A stretch of DNA of 64,000 bases from Octopus vulgaris (GCA_951406725.2 OX597819.1:113026001-113090000), one strand, 5' to 3'; shown: positions 12,933-26,614, counted from the first letter of the stretch. A program made the numbers and translations. The notes: generated by a model from the letters alone, not told the origin.

Positions 12933-13188
12933 AAAATAGTAAAGAGTGAAAAAACGACAGAAGGCTTAAATGTTAAAAAATATATATATTTGCGTCAAAA
13001 TGTCTGGAGAATTCCTCCTTAAAATGACATAATTTTATAATTTTTAAAATTTAAAAATTATAAAATTATGTCATTTTAAGGAGGAAAAAATTTTTCCAAT
13101 ATTCTCCAGACATTTTGACGCAAATATATATATTTTTTAACATTTAAGCCTTCTGTCGTTTTTTCACTCTTTACTATTTTCTTATATA
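12925..13188. repeat. Near-perfect 260-bp palindrome within (TA)n
   Basis: Arms identical by eye apart from a 14-nt bulge; 1-nt centre at 13049. Confidence 0.95.
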
Positions 13189-13222
13189 TTCACCAACGTG
13201 CTTTACCAAACAAACTTTCTTA

Positions 13223-13257
<35 letters not shown>

Positions 13258-13295
13258 TAAGTGGACTTAAACGCAGGTCGTATTCAAATCTTTAT

Positions 13296-13390
13296 ACTTC
13301 TGACATATGTTTCGAAGAAAACATTGGTATTATTCCTGAGGGAATAAAATGATGTAAAACAATGTAATCATCTCATCAGGGGGGGGAGAA
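13296..13390 (-). ncRNA. Hammerhead motif with long stem II and damaged stem I
   Basis: Minus strand reads CUGAUGA GAUGA..ACAUUG..CAAUGU..UCUUC GAAAC AUAU GUC. Confidence 0.6.
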
Positions 13391-13849
13391 ACAAAACACA
13401 TCAATAAGCCATTTTAACCGAATGTGACTACCGTGTATATGATGAAATGAACGCTGGCAAGTTTGCTGTGTTTCGACATATATATCTCTCATAAGGCGGT
13501 GTGAGAAATTAAAAATCTTCTTGATCTGGTTTCAAGTCAAGAGACTGCATCGAGACTACCTCGGTGGCTTCGGAGTGTATATTGTTACTATTGTTGCTTT
13601 TTCTTTTAGTTTCGTCCTAGAACATTTATATCATTATATAATGTGCGTTATGTGTGACGCTAGGGTGTAATTTACTGATGACATGCCTGGTGTTTCTAAC
13701 AGGTTCACCAATCAAGTAAATTCTCTCTTATTTGCCCAGTCTAGCGTGTGTGATCTATCGACCGCTTTCAACCGAAGTCGGTTTTGCCTTGCATTCTCAA
13801 GAGAGCGATATATAATTAATATCAATAAAGTACTGGATTCAACATAATC

Positions 13850-14635
13850 TTTTCCTGATATCTGTGGCCTTGTTCCTAAATTAGAAACCATTATAATCGA
13901 CTATAATATTTCCTCTCAAATATAGGAGCTTGATACCATATCAAAAATTAATAACAACTTCTGTAGTACCTCTCACCAAATTTAGGGCCTTGAACCCATA
14001 TTAAAAATAAATGTCATTACGTGTAGCCCTTTCCAGCAGATTTAGGATTTTGAACTTATATTAAAAATTAATACCATCACCTATAACCCCTCCCACTAAA
14101 TTTAGGGCCTTGAGCTTATGTTAAAAATCAATATCGCTTAAGGCCCCGCCCACCCAATATAGGGTCTTGTGCTTACGTTAAAAATTAATATCATCGTCAC
14201 CGAATTCAAGCTCTTGAACTAATATTGGTTTCAAATATTAACATAGCAATTTCGGGGTTGAGGCAAGTTGATTGCATCGACCTCAATACTCAACTGGTAC
14301 TTATTTTATCAACACCGAATGGATAAAAGGCAAAGTCAGCCTCGGCGGAATTTGAACTCGGGACGTAAAGACAGATGGAATGCTGCTAAGCATTTTGCAC
14401 AACGTACTAATGATCTTGCCAGCTCGCTGCCTATCCTTGAATTAACATTATTAATATAAATCGACTATTGAACCTCCCACCAAATATTTTATCAATTAAT
14501 ATCATCATCTATAGCTCCTCCCACCATATTCATGGACTTGAACTAATAGTAAAAATTAATGCTAACAAATATAGCTCCACCCACCTTCCACCAAATTTAG
14601 AACCTTAAGCCTATTTTAAAAAGTAATATTTAATA
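13850..14635. repeat. Degenerate 60-bp minisatellite interrupted by a SINE A variant (14222-14433, minus)
   Basis: TTTAGGGCCTTGA..TATTAAAAATTAATA-like unit recurs at 13921, 13981, 14041 and 14101 and resumes after the SINE. Confidence 0.8.
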
Positions 14636-14938
14636 TCCTAGATCAGTGATGATTGGCCGATGACACGCGTGTCAGCAATAGTTTTAAATAACACACGATG
14701 GACATTGAAAACAAGTTTTCTTGCAATAAAAGGTTTATCCGCAAACATTTATAGATAATACTTAAATGTCTATAAGTGGCACTTTAATAATAGGATTAAT
14801 AAAGAATTTTCAACACGCCAGGCTAAAATATTTCTCCATTATCACCATTGATGTTAGTGTGTATGTGTTTGTGTGCGTGTGTGTGAGTGTGTTTGTGCGT
14901 GTGTGTGCGTGTGTGTGCATGCATGTGTACGTACACAA

Positions 14939-14979
<41 letters not shown>

Positions 14980-15163
14980 AATATTTAACATGTATATAGA
15001 TATGAAGATATACATACTTACGTACGTACATACTCACACATGCTTACATACACACATACATATATGCATATACGTATGTGTGATTTCAAAAATGTAACTA
15101 CACATGAACCACTGACGATCTTACCCACTTCTTCCTTTTCCTTGGGACTTTCCTATGTTTCCT

Positions 15164-15198
15164 GTTTCCGATGAAGAGCTATGCTCGAAACGTAATAC
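15164..15198 (+). ncRNA. Minimal hammerhead motif (U-to-C core variant) in a Penelope-type terminal fragment (about 15130-15305)
   Basis: CCGAUGA A GAGC uau GCUC GAAAC GUA; downstream tail resembles the reverse complement of 42133-42228. Confidence 0.55.
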
Positions 15199-15608
15199 AA
15201 CCACTCTTTTCTCCGAGTATCTTATTAATACTTTGCATGTGTTACGTCTTCACATTGTTGTTGTTTTTTTTCTTTCCTTTGCTCCGTTTTTGAAATAACT
15301 ATATACATTTATACATACATATACGTATGCATAAATATATGCACGCACACACATCCATTTCTAAAAGAACATAGCTAAATATTAAAATGCTGGTATTTAT
15401 TTATGTTCTCTGCGCAAAGAACGACGTTCGAACCCCACCGGCGCTGAACTGGAAGAAGTCAAAGAAAGAAGAATGTTATGAAAGAAAATATAGAACATAA
15501 ACGAAAGACACAGAAAAGCGCGAAAAACTAATTTTGGAACAAGACAAACAATTTAGAAAGGAAGGGAAATCCTATCACCTTGACCGCAGTGAATGACTGG
15601 TACTCATT

Positions 15609-16026
15609 TTTATCTCTTTATTGCTCACAAGGGGCTAAACATAGAGGGAACAAACAAGGACAAACAAAGGGATTAAGTTGATTACATCGACTCCAGTGAG
15701 TAACTGGTACTTATTTAATCGACCCCGAAAGGATGAAAGGTAAAGTCGACCTCGGCGGAATTTGAATTCAGAACGTAGCGGCATACGAAATACCTATTTC
15801 TTTACTACCCACAAGGGGCTACACACAAAGAGGACAAACAAGGACAGACAAACGGATTAAGTCGATTACATCGACCCCAGTGCGTAACTGGTACTTAATT
15901 TATCGACCCCGAAAGGATGAATGGCAAAGTCGACCTCGGCGGAATTTGAACTCAGAACGTAGCGGCAGACGAAATACTGCTAAGCATTTTGCCCAGCGTG
16001 CTAACGGTTCTGCCAGCTCGCCGCCT
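15609..16026 (-). mobile_element. SINE family A dimer nested in an older family A copy, 15-bp TSD
   Basis: TGACTGGTACTCATT at 15594-15608 and 16027-16041. Confidence 0.9.
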
Positions 16027-16635
16027 TGACTGGTACTCATTCTAACGGTTCTGAAAGGCATAGTCAACCTTGGAGGAATTCGAACTTAGAACGTTAAAAC
16101 CAGAGGAAATGCTGCTAAGCATTTCGTGGTGTGGCAACGATTCTACCAGCTCGCTGCCTTCAAAGAAAAGGAAAATTAATCTAAAAGAATTTAGTGATCG
16201 GACAGCTGGGAATTGAACTGACATTGCATTAATTAATGATCAAAGTATAATCATTATGATAAAGTGTAAATTGCCTTTCATCTCCCCGGGGGTCGATAAA
16301 ATAAAGTACTATTCAAGCACTGGGGTCAAAGTTATCGACTCACCCATCCCCTCAAAATCGCTGGTCTTATACCTCTAAATCAGAAACAGTTATAATAGCC
16401 CCCCAAAAAAGAAACAAAGAAAGAAAGAAGCAAACAAACAATGGATAGAAAACTATAGAAGGAAATTAGAGAGAGAGAGGGGGGGAGGAGAGAGAGAAAG
16501 AAAAATGGAGAGAGAAAAGGAGAGAAGGAGAGACAGAAAGAGAGAAGGAGAGAGATACGAAAAAATGAAGAGAAAGGAACGATGAGAAATGATTGGAAGA
16601 GAGAATGGCAGAATAGAAGAAAATGAGGGAAATAG

Positions 16636-16730
<95 letters not shown>

Positions 16731-17248
16731 GTAGAAGGTGAAGACAATTACAGAAAGGGAAAGAAGAGAAAGAATTTGGGTGAAAAAGAGAGAGAGAGAG
16801 AGGGAGAGAGGGAGAGAGGAGGGAGACGGACGATGGGCGGGTGGGAGAACCTTAATTGCGTTTCTGAAAGACTATCTGTGCCATTGAATCGGTGGTAATT
16901 TCAGTAAAGAACATTCCAGATTTGATTAGTTGGTTAAAATCACAATCAAGTGACGTGACACAGGAACAGTTTTTAGAAATATTAGGACAACAACAACTAC
17001 AACAACAACAACAACCACTGAAATAGGGCAATATATACATACATACATACATACATACATACATACATACACACACATACACACACATACACAAACATAC
17101 ACACACATATGTTCATACATATGTACATATATAAATATAATATATATATATACAAACACACGCATACATATACAAATACATATATATATATATATATGTA
17201 TATAGATATATATTCGTATATGTATATATTTATACGTATATATATATA

Positions 17249-17306
<58 letters not shown>

Positions 17307-17360
17307 TGTATATACATATATATATACGTATATATATATATATATATATATATATGAATG

Positions 17361-17404
<44 letters not shown>

Positions 17405-17537
17405 ATATATATATGGTGTGTGTGTGTAATCAAATGAATATATATAGATCAGTGTTTTTGAGTGGGCGGAATAGGTATTCATGCATGTGAATGCGTATAT
17501 GCGTGTGTTATTCTACTTGGAAGAATACACACATACA

Positions 17538-17588
<51 letters not shown>

Positions 17589-18170
17589 AATTTTTTGGCA
17601 TAGAGCTTGGAGTATATCGAGTTTGTGGTAAAAGACAAATGCTGCACACTTCGATCGAACCCATACCTCATAACAGCGTGAGATCCAAACTGTTTGACCA
17701 CACGACCACGTATGGGTCACAATGTGGTTATTTATAACGTTTTAGGCTTTTTTTAATTAGAATCTCAGCCGTTAATATATTAGTGTTTGTATGTGTGTCA
17801 GTGTGCATGTACGCGTGTAATTTTATGTGTGTGCTTGCATATATGTGTGTTTTTGTCTGATATTAAATATCATAACCGCCAATTTGATACAGAAATAGGG
17901 TGACGTCAGAGATGTTTTTTTTTCCTTTTTTGAAACAAATTGGTGCTTATAATATCTAATATCACTTATATTAGCCCTTAATTCATCACTCTCTCCATCT
18001 CTCCCTCGCCCCTCCACGTCTCTCACTCTCCTCTCCCCTGTCTCACTCTCTCCTCCCCATTCTCTGTGTTGAGGATATGTGAGAATAAACAAGAAGTGAG
18101 TGAAAATAGTATTCGATACCAAACGTATAGTATTATATTATATTTAAAGCAAACACTGCGAGCTGAGAGA

Positions 18171-19070
18171 AAAGGCGGTGAGCTGGCAGAATCGTTAACA
18201 CGCTGGACGAAATGCTTCAAAGCATTTCGTTGGTCTTTTAAGGCGGCGAGCTGGCAGAATCGATAGCACACCGGGCGAAATGCGTAGCCGTATTTCGTCT
18301 GCCGTTACGTTCTCAGTTCAAATTCCGCCGAGGTTGACTTTGCCTTTCATCCTTTCGAGGTCGATTAAATAAGTACCAGTTATGCACTGGGGTCGATATA
18401 ATCGACTTAATCCGTTTGTCTGTCCTTGTTTGTCCTCTCTGTGTTTGGCTCCTTGTGGGCAGTAAAGAAATAGGTATTTCGTCTGCCGTCTTTATGTTCT
18501 GAGTTCAAATTCCGCCGAAGGTCGACTTTGCCTTTCACCATTTCAGGGCCGATTAAATAAGTACCACTTACACACTGGAGTCGATATAATGGACTTAATC
18601 CGTTTTTCTGTCCTTGTTTGTCCCCTTCTGTGTGTAGCCCCTTGTGGGCTGTAAAGAAATAAGAGAAGTCAGCGCGTTTGACAAAATGCTGAGCGGCATT
18701 TCTCCCGGCTCTGAATCCCACCGAGGTCAACTTTGCCTTTCGGTGCCGATAAAATAAAATACAAGTCAAGTAGTGGGGTTGGTCGAAGTAATCCTCTTGC
18801 TCACACTCCTCAAAATTACTAAACTTGCGCCAAAATCTGAAACCAATATTTGCGGCAGTGAACTTGCTGGATCGTTTGAGCGTCGGAAAATGTGTCGCGA
18901 TATCTCTACCACTTTTTTGACATTCTGAGTTCAAACACTGCCGGAGTCAACTTCGCCTTTCATACTTTTGGGTTCGATAAAATAAAGTACCAGTTAGGTA
19001 CTGGGATCGATAGCATCGATGAACATCCTCCCCTCAAAATTGCTGGCTTCGTTTCTGAGTCAGAAACTAT
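18171..19070 (+). mobile_element. Head-to-tail cluster of SINE A copies
   Basis: Partial head, dimer at 18240-18662 and two older variants, all in the same orientation. Confidence 0.85.
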
Positions 19071-20204
19071 TATATTTGCATTTAATAAAGCAGAAGTATT
19101 AGTCTTATCGGGCTATTTCAGGTAACACGATATGTGCTCTAGTGGCCAGTTATTGTAAGGGAGATAACCATTTCCAGATAAAACTTGGCGTAATTGGAAG
19201 CTAGAATTTTAAATCGAAGACCAAAGATGCATAGAATATACACACTTCATTTTTTTTCTGACTCATTTCAAAGATCATAAAATTTCTAGTCTTAAGTAAT
19301 AACGTATAGCGCCATTTCATTCTTATTAGAAATCACCAGCATAACATTACCTGGGACCGATAAATTACGCTAAATTAAGCATTTTATAAAGCGAGATATA
19401 TCTAACGGATACTTGTGGATGCCAGTCTGTATCATTCGTCTAGTTACGACGCGTCCCCTAGAAAAGAGAAGTGAAATATGTGTATGCAAACACTGGAATG
19501 AGAAGATGGGAAAAGCTACATACAACAGCAGAATGTTCAGGAAGTTTGACTTGCAAAACATGAAGTGATGGTTTCAAGAACTACAATAGAATGTGTATCC
19601 ATATGGATATAATGTATGTATGTATGTATGTATGTATGTATGTATGTACGTACGTACGCAAAGTTATATTTGGAAAGGATTTAGCCCATGGGATACCATT
19701 TAAGAGTCTCGGTTGCAGATGTAATTCATGGCCAGATAGAGCAGAAGCCAAAATCTTTACATACAGGATGCCACAGATAAAATCGCCTATATTTTACATG
19801 GCCATTATTGTGGGGCTAGCACAGTTAGGATAGTAACAATGGTGTCTTCGTGTTTCTAATGTTATATCATTTTCAGTTACGTTCATGTTTTAGATCTCTG
19901 CATACCGAATGCTTACTGTTGAAACGTTTGTCAATCTGTGAAATGTGGGATTTTTTATTTATTTATTTGTTTATTTTCTTCCTGCTGCATTCTGTACCTA
20001 ATATATCTGAATATAGATTTCACCGAGTTGTAAACGAGAGACTAGCGTAATATAACTAAGGAAAGCTTGCAGTGTCAAAATTGCATCAGACACAACCACA
20101 GTTAAGTTGCACTTTATTCTATTACCTCTCAGTTAAAGAGAACTCAATACAGATGCATTCCAGAGTAAATTAAATAACACAATTTAAGACATTTTCCAGA
20201 ATAA

Positions 20205-20424
20205 TTAATGGTTTCAAATGTTGCTAGAAGTGTAGCAGTTTTGGGGAGAGGGTATGAGTCGATTACATCGATTCCAGTCTTTAACAGGTACTTGTTTTAT
20301 CGACCCCGAAAGGATAAACGGAAAAGCCGACCTAGATGTCATTTGAGTCAAGACGGAGCGACAGGTGAAATACTGCTAAGCATTTCGTCCAGCGTGCTAA
20401 AGATTCTGTCAGCTCGTCGCCTTA
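20205..20424 (-). mobile_element. SINE A older variant
   Basis: Family A head and body with the alternative TTTGAAACC tail. Confidence 0.75.
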
Positions 20425-20809
20425 GTTCCTGGAATAATTAATACAACCAAATTAATGAAACAAAACCCCAAATAAGCTAAACAGTAAACAAACCACCACC
20501 ACCAGCTAAGAAAAACTTCTCAGCCACCACCACATCTTGAACACTATGAAAGTCGACTTTCAGTTTGGCTCATTACAGTTACCGTTCAGCCTAGAGTGAA
20601 ACTCATTGTGTGTGTATGTGTGTGTGTCTGTACGACGGGCTTTCTTCAGTTTTCGTCTACCTAATCCACTCACAAGGCTTTGGTCGATCCAAAGCTACAG
20701 TAGAAGGCACTTGCCCAAGATGTCACGCGATGTGGGACTGAAACTAGAACAATGTGGTTGGGAAGCAAGCTTGTTACCACACAGATACACCTGCGCCGAT
20801 GTATATATA

Positions 20810-20882
<73 letters not shown>

Positions 20883-20884
<2 letters not shown>

Positions 20885-21000
20885 TTACTTGGAATTGGAT
20901 GCGTGGTGTTCAATCGTATGGTAATGTAAATATGCATATCTATATATTTTTATTCATATTATTACACGATTGAACGCCACGCATCCATTTCCAAGTAAGT
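20883..21000. repeat. 35-bp-arm hairpin next to (TA)n
   Basis: ACTTACTTGGAATTGGATGCGTGGTGTTCAATCGT / ACGATTGAACGCCACGCATCCATTTCCAAGTAAGT. Confidence 0.85.
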
Positions 21001-21116
21001 TTATCTTAATACTTTTGATGCGACTTTACCCTGTACTGTTATCTCTCTCCCTCTTTCGTTTTTTTTCTCTCTCATCCTCTCTCTAATTTTTTCTCCCCTT
21101 CACCGTTTTCTATCTG

Positions 21117-21158
<42 letters not shown>

Positions 21159-21640
21159 CCTCCTTTACTCTCTCTCGTTTCTCACACGTGACCATTGTCC
21201 ATCTTTCTTTTTCTCACGTGATCATATTTCTTTTCTTTTAGTCTGTCGCACAGACCAAACGCATTCTTATCTCCTCTCCTATCTTTTCTCTTATCAATGA
21301 ATATTTTTCCAGCCTTCGCCACCTTACCTCGTCTGGCCTAAGGGCCCTCCCTGTTTGTTTCCGTTTGGTTTGGTTTGTTGTATGTCCTGTTCTTGTTACC
21401 ATCTTTGACCCTCTGCAAATCCCAAATTTTATTTTGGTTCGCGGGAGCAACCGTTTTCCGAGAACATATATTGTCGTGCATTGATCGAAATGTGGAGTAG
21501 ATAAACAGCCGACAACTGATGAAGGGTCGTTCTTTATTTTACTTGTCTTGTTTTCTATTTGTTTCTCTTGTTGTTCACATCCCCTGGGTTGCTTTCGTAT
21601 TTCATGGTGATTACGTTTTGTGACATCCTGTACTAATATA

Positions 21641-21709
<69 letters not shown>

Positions 21710-21717
21710 TTATGTCA

Positions 21718-22117
21718 GGCGTAGGAGTGGCTGTGCGGTAAGTAGTTTTATTACGAACCACATGGTTCCGGGTTCAGTTCCGCTGCGTGGCTCCTTAGTC
21801 AAGTGTCTTCTACTATAGCCTCGGGCCGACCAAAGCCTTGTGAGTGGATTTGGTAGACGGAAACTTAAAGAAGCCCGTCGAATATATGTATATAAGTATG
21901 TGTGTGTATAAGTTTGTGTGTCTGTGTTTGTCCCCTTAACATCGTTTGACAACCGATGCCGGTGTGTTTACATCCCCGTAACTTAGTAGTTCGGCAAAAT
22001 ATACCGATAGAACTAGGCTTACAAAGAATAAGTCCTGGAGTCGAGTTGCTCGATTAAAGGCGGTGCTCCAGCATAGCCACAGTCAAACTGACTGAAACAT
22101 GTAAAATAGTAAAAGAG
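21718..22117 (+). mobile_element. SINE family B, full length
   Basis: Complete head, CORE-like segment and tail. Confidence 0.9.
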
Positions 22118-22482
22118 TTATGGTGATGCAAACAAGAAAGATAGAACTCAAATTATGAGTATATGTATATTTTTTATTAATAGAGGTTATAAGAGTTAAT
22201 GGTGTCACTGAAACCCAAAGGTATCAGGTAATGCTGAATAAGTGCTGTAGACAGACTATAGTTAATTTCCAGGTTCGGTAATTTTGCGAATAAGGGGTTC
22301 AACGTTGGTCATATGTCAGCGTGTGTATACAAGAATTTTTTGCGTTATATGATTAAAAAAAAAGGCTGTGTAGATATTAGAACATTTAGCAAATGCAATA
22401 GAGTGACTCAAGGGCCGAGAGTTTTGTGCGTTGGCATGTATGTGTATGTATGTGTGTGTGTGTTTATATATATATATATACA

Positions 22483-22518
<36 letters not shown>

Positions 22519-22600
22519 TGTACATATATACATAGATACACATACACACACACGTTCGCGCGTATATGTAATGCATATAAAGTGTTGGTATTTCAAATCA

Positions 22601-22800
22601 TTACCTAAAAGCAAATGTGATATCTCTTGTAAGAGACGAAACATCAGAAATGCTTGTAATGTTAGAACGGAAATCAAAGGCAAGAAAACTACTTCTTGAA
22701 GGTTTTCACGATACAACTATTTGGTGCTGTGCCAATCATCGGCTTAGACTTGGTGTACGTGAAGTTGTAAATGAAGTTGCACGTCTTAATCATTTCCAGG
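22601..22800 (+). pseudogene. hAT transposase fragment (ZNF862/KIAA1586-like)
   Basis: YLKANVISLVRDETS..MLERKS..IWCCANHRLRLGV..VNEV..LNHF matches the SDGA..MLG.KSGV..WHC.(N/A)HRL.L region. Confidence 0.65.
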
Positions 22801-23149
22801 TATGCTAAATTGTATTCCTCCCATAGGTCTCTAAAGTATCGAGATGAGTCAAGTGCCCGCAAAGAGGCTCTTCATCAAATTACACACACATTCACTTACA
22901 CGTGGTATGTGTATATGTAAAGATATTCAGAACCCTTTAGTGTGCGCCTCCTTCTCTTATTTTTCCCACAATTTTTTCTTCAGCCAACACCCTCTTTGTA
23001 TCAACTGAATAATGCATTCGAAAAACTATAATTAACTTTCAAACACGTGGTATTCTAAAGGAGATTATCGCGTCAAGATCAATCAATAGCGGTATTAGAA
23101 GTTGGAATTTTGAAAACGAAAAGTAATGAAGATACACAGAATAGGCATG

Positions 23150-23174
<25 letters not shown>

Positions 23175-23186
<12 letters not shown>

Positions 23187-23300
23187 ATCACGTGACCGAC
23201 CAGACCATCAGATGTTGTTACACATCGCTGGTCACAATGCGTTCGCATTGTTTTAGCCTTCGAATGGCGCCACCTCGCTGGCTAAGCGAGCAGGCCAGAT
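23175..23300 (-). repeat. Dispersed repeat, probable LINE 3' end with (CACGTGAT)n tail; second copy at 27511-27615 (+)
   Basis: Two copies of about 105 bp in opposite orientation, both abutting (TA)n. Confidence 0.65.
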
Positions 23301-23307
23301 GAACACG

Positions 23308-23356
<49 letters not shown>

Positions 23357-23444
23357 TGTGTCCGCAAGGAAACCTTTTGTGGTGAATGCGTGTGTTGTGT
23401 GTGTCTAATTGTATATATATATGTGTGTGTTTGTGTAGGTATTA

Positions 23445-23630
23445 GAATGCGGTAATTTTGGTGAAGCACTGTGTGGTATAACTCTAAAGAAGATAGTTGT
23501 GTAAGGTCGGTACAATGCGAGAAAGTCAAAGCAAACTACAAAAGGAAAAAAAAACCCAAAAAATTTGCAGTTTTACCTTGTTTTTCTATAATTCGGGTTG
23601 AAGACCTCTTCTTCAGGATATTTAGAAAAA
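23445..23630 (-). mobile_element. Solo terminal fragment of the Penelope-like family at 36900-37660, with degenerate minimal hammerhead
   Basis: Aligns by eye to 36925-37100; CUGAAGA AGAGG..ACCC GAAU UAUA. Confidence 0.6.
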
Positions 23631-23634
23631 ATAG

Positions 23635-23702
<68 letters not shown>

Positions 23703-23711
23703 TGATAAATT

Positions 23712-24177
23712 GATAAATCTGGTTTAGCTGATCATGTATAGAAAAATGGAGACCACCTTCCCCTGTGGGATGAAGTTAAAATAATAGACAGAGAACACTG
23801 GAAAATACGAAAACTAAAAGAAGCAGGACATATGCTAGGACATAATAACCTCCTAAGCAGACTGAGTGCAGATATGAGTAGCATATGGGAACCGGTACTA
23901 AGCAAGGATAGGAAAATATTAGGTTTATAAGCCCTAAAATTCATTCCATAATTGCCCACGGGCATATGGCTACTAATTCCAAGATTCCAAGTTCGATTCC
24001 AGCCAGTGACCTGAATAATAATAATAATAACATCGAAAAATACCTTAGGAATGAGAACCCAGGTTCGAAATTTCCCCCAAGACACCTGATGAAGGCTGGA
24101 GGGTATATCAACCGAAACTTGTTCACAACAAACAAGATGAGGACAAATATCTGTCAAATGTAACTAATGTAAATAAT
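23712..24177 (+). mobile_element. Penelope-like element 3' end: GIY-YIG C-terminus plus terminal repeat with hammerhead motif
   Basis: KSGLADHV*..HLPLWDEVKIIDREHWKIRKLKEA..WEPVL; CUGAUGA AGGCUG..CAACC GAAAC at 24086-24118. Confidence 0.8.
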
Positions 24178-24178
24178 C

Positions 24179-24908
24179 AAAGGAAAAGTTATTACACTTG
24201 GAAAAGGTCAAGACAACTTATTACATCTACAGAACAAGAAAATTTTTTTAATATTTCAGCTAAGGATAGAATTTGAATATTAAAAATTCTTTGATTTTAA
24301 TTTACAAAGTAACATTATAATTAAAAATGGCACCATCATTTTGTAAACATATTGATACACTAGAATACTTTAAAAAATGAGAGCCAGAAGTACCAATATA
24401 GCTAAAGTTTTATGCAAAGTAGAATAGCATTATGTAAAAGATTAGCATTGGGTCAAGACAAAAAATATGAAGAATTGGCAATAACTGAAGAAAATATTTA
24501 CTGTGAATTTGTTGTTATAGGTAGATTTAACTGTAATATATAACTAATTTTTGTACTATTCTATTTATTGTACTAATTGTGTATTACTATTATTTTTTAT
24601 GATCTATTTTCAAATTTCTGATTCTTAATTAATTAATAAATTTTAAAAATAATTTTTTTTTAAATGCAAAAAATATTTTGAGTTATTTTTTTAATTTTTA
24701 ATAGAAGTAACAAGTAATAACAAATAGAAATAATAACTTGTAATAGAATTTTTAGTTTTAATAAAAGCTAATATTTTTTTAAATCTAAATATTTTATTTG
24801 AAATTTTATCTTTAGTTATAATATTTTAAGTAAATATTTTCTTGTTCTCTACTTTACCAGATGTAACAAGTTGTCCTGAACTTTCCCAAGTATAGTAACT
24901 TGTCCTGT
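24179..24908. mobile_element. Old AT-rich element with about 120-bp degenerate terminal inverted repeats
   Basis: AGGAAAAGTTATTACACTTGGAAAAGGTCAAGACAACTT.. versus right-end reverse complement AGGACAAGTTACTATACTTGGGAAAGTTCAGGACAACTT.. Confidence 0.65.
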
Positions 24909-26202
24909 AATTTTACAGGTTTATAATCTTAAGAATATTGTTTCTCTTGATCACATTTTTCCATGTAATAGAACTATATTCAAAGTTATTTTAACCGTGA
25001 CCATCCTGACCTTTATTTAAACATTATCCAATGAGAGCTCTTTCTGAACATAGTATAATATCAGCTCATTTTAGTCATTCCAGCGACTACACTAAGGCTT
25101 CCTATTACGCATATGTTTTGTAGTGGTGGCCACCGAAAAGGTGGGCAAGGTTATTGTCACTATTTAGGCCGCGAATTGGCGGAGTCAATCGTTAGAGGGA
25201 TATATAGAATGCCACGTCGTATTTATTCCAAGTCCATGCAGTCTGAGTTCAAATTCTCTCGACGTCAACTTTGCTTTCAACCTCTCAGGGTCGATAAAAA
25301 ATTAAAACTCCATGGTATATGGGACTCGGAACTACACCACAAAACAAAGGTACCCATACCTACGATGGAACCTCTGCATGGTTACGTGAACTGCTAGAAG
25401 TAGCAACCAAATTTTCCTCAACTCACAACTTATTATTTTAGAAAATGACACACGTAAATATCAGTTTCTTGTATGCAGTTTTGGGTAGCTTGAATGTCTA
25501 ATGAGAGGCACAGTGAAGGTCAGAGCTTGATACAGCAAAATGTGCCTCCCATATATCTTCCTATATTATTTTCTTCTTATTTTGAGTATTTTTGTTTCAT
25601 TAGTTAAGCTGTTGATAAGTAGGGGTGGGGGAAAATTGAGAGCAGATTGTGATGTCACAAACTGAGATGTTTCATATTCTTTGTAGTTTGATGTCTCATG
25701 AGGCTAAAGGTCACAACAAGAAGTGCTCCACTAAAGACAACCACGCATGCTTCTCGCCTCTTAAGAATCTCAGTAACTGTTACGGCCCCTGAACATTTCT
25801 GTGAGTGTGTCAGCAACCAGAATATTAAATGTTTGTTTTTTTTACAAACAGCACATCGTCCCAGAAAAAAAAATTTCTTAGGTGAAGAGAATAGGAAGTA
25901 GTCACTTGTGACTAACACATCGGTGATTGCTTTAATTTTTCTAACCAAGTAACCAAACCCTGACACACTTAATACGCCATCGCTCACCATCCTTTTTAAT
26001 GTCCCCCATATTTAGAGACGCGGTAAACTCTTGTTTGTTAATTTAAAGTTGAAAAGGCTTCGATCATTCTTGGAACATTACTAAAGAAATACCTCAAATT
26101 TTTTTTATTTATAGGCGCAGGTATGGCTATGGGATTAAGAAGTTCGCTTTGGAACCAAGTGAAAGCACGTTCCTCAGCGCGGCAACTTAGGCAAATGTCT
26201 TC

Positions 26203-26614
26203 GGATCTTTTCGGTTTGAACGGCAGTTTTTTAAAATAATTTCCACGTAACTAAACACTTTTAAACTTCGTATACTGGTAGAATGTGTTTATAAAACATC
26301 TTTTTCTCTTGGCTTTATTGAGAACATTCTATAGTTTGTAAGATATTTGTTGTTTTTTTTTTCTTCAATTTCTGCAATTTCAACCAATCAATGACATCCA
26401 TTGAGGTGAAAACATTCTGTGCCGTATGAATATGTCCCTCGTTTAAGAAACAGATTGGGTTTATTTACATTTCTGAAGAAAAAAAGATACCCTAACCCTA
26501 ACCCTAACCCTAAAACAGACTGAAATGCAATAGATCGATACTAGGGTCATAATTATGGGTGACAATTTCATATGACACCGCTAGAAAAAACTGCCGTTCA
26601 AACCGAAAAGATCC
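26203..26614. mobile_element. MITE with perfect 30-bp TIRs and 8-bp TSD, inside a SINE B (26112-26695)
   Basis: TIR GGATCTTTTCGGTTTGAACGGCAGTTTTTT; TSD ATGTCTTC at 26195-26202 and 26615-26622; internal (CCCTAA)4 at 26490-26513. Confidence 0.92.

Noticed and set aside
13850-14635. CRISPR-like regular spacing
   Set aside because: Whole units are homologous and degenerate, there are no unique spacers or cas genes, and the context is eukaryotic
22830-22880. Degenerate hammerhead UUGAUGA..GAUAC (minus), and similar cases at about 1620-1655 and 59735-59760
   Set aside because: Two or more core changes; not distinguishable from chance by eye
26490-26513. Chromosome end or telomere
   Set aside because: Only four units, internal to a MITE
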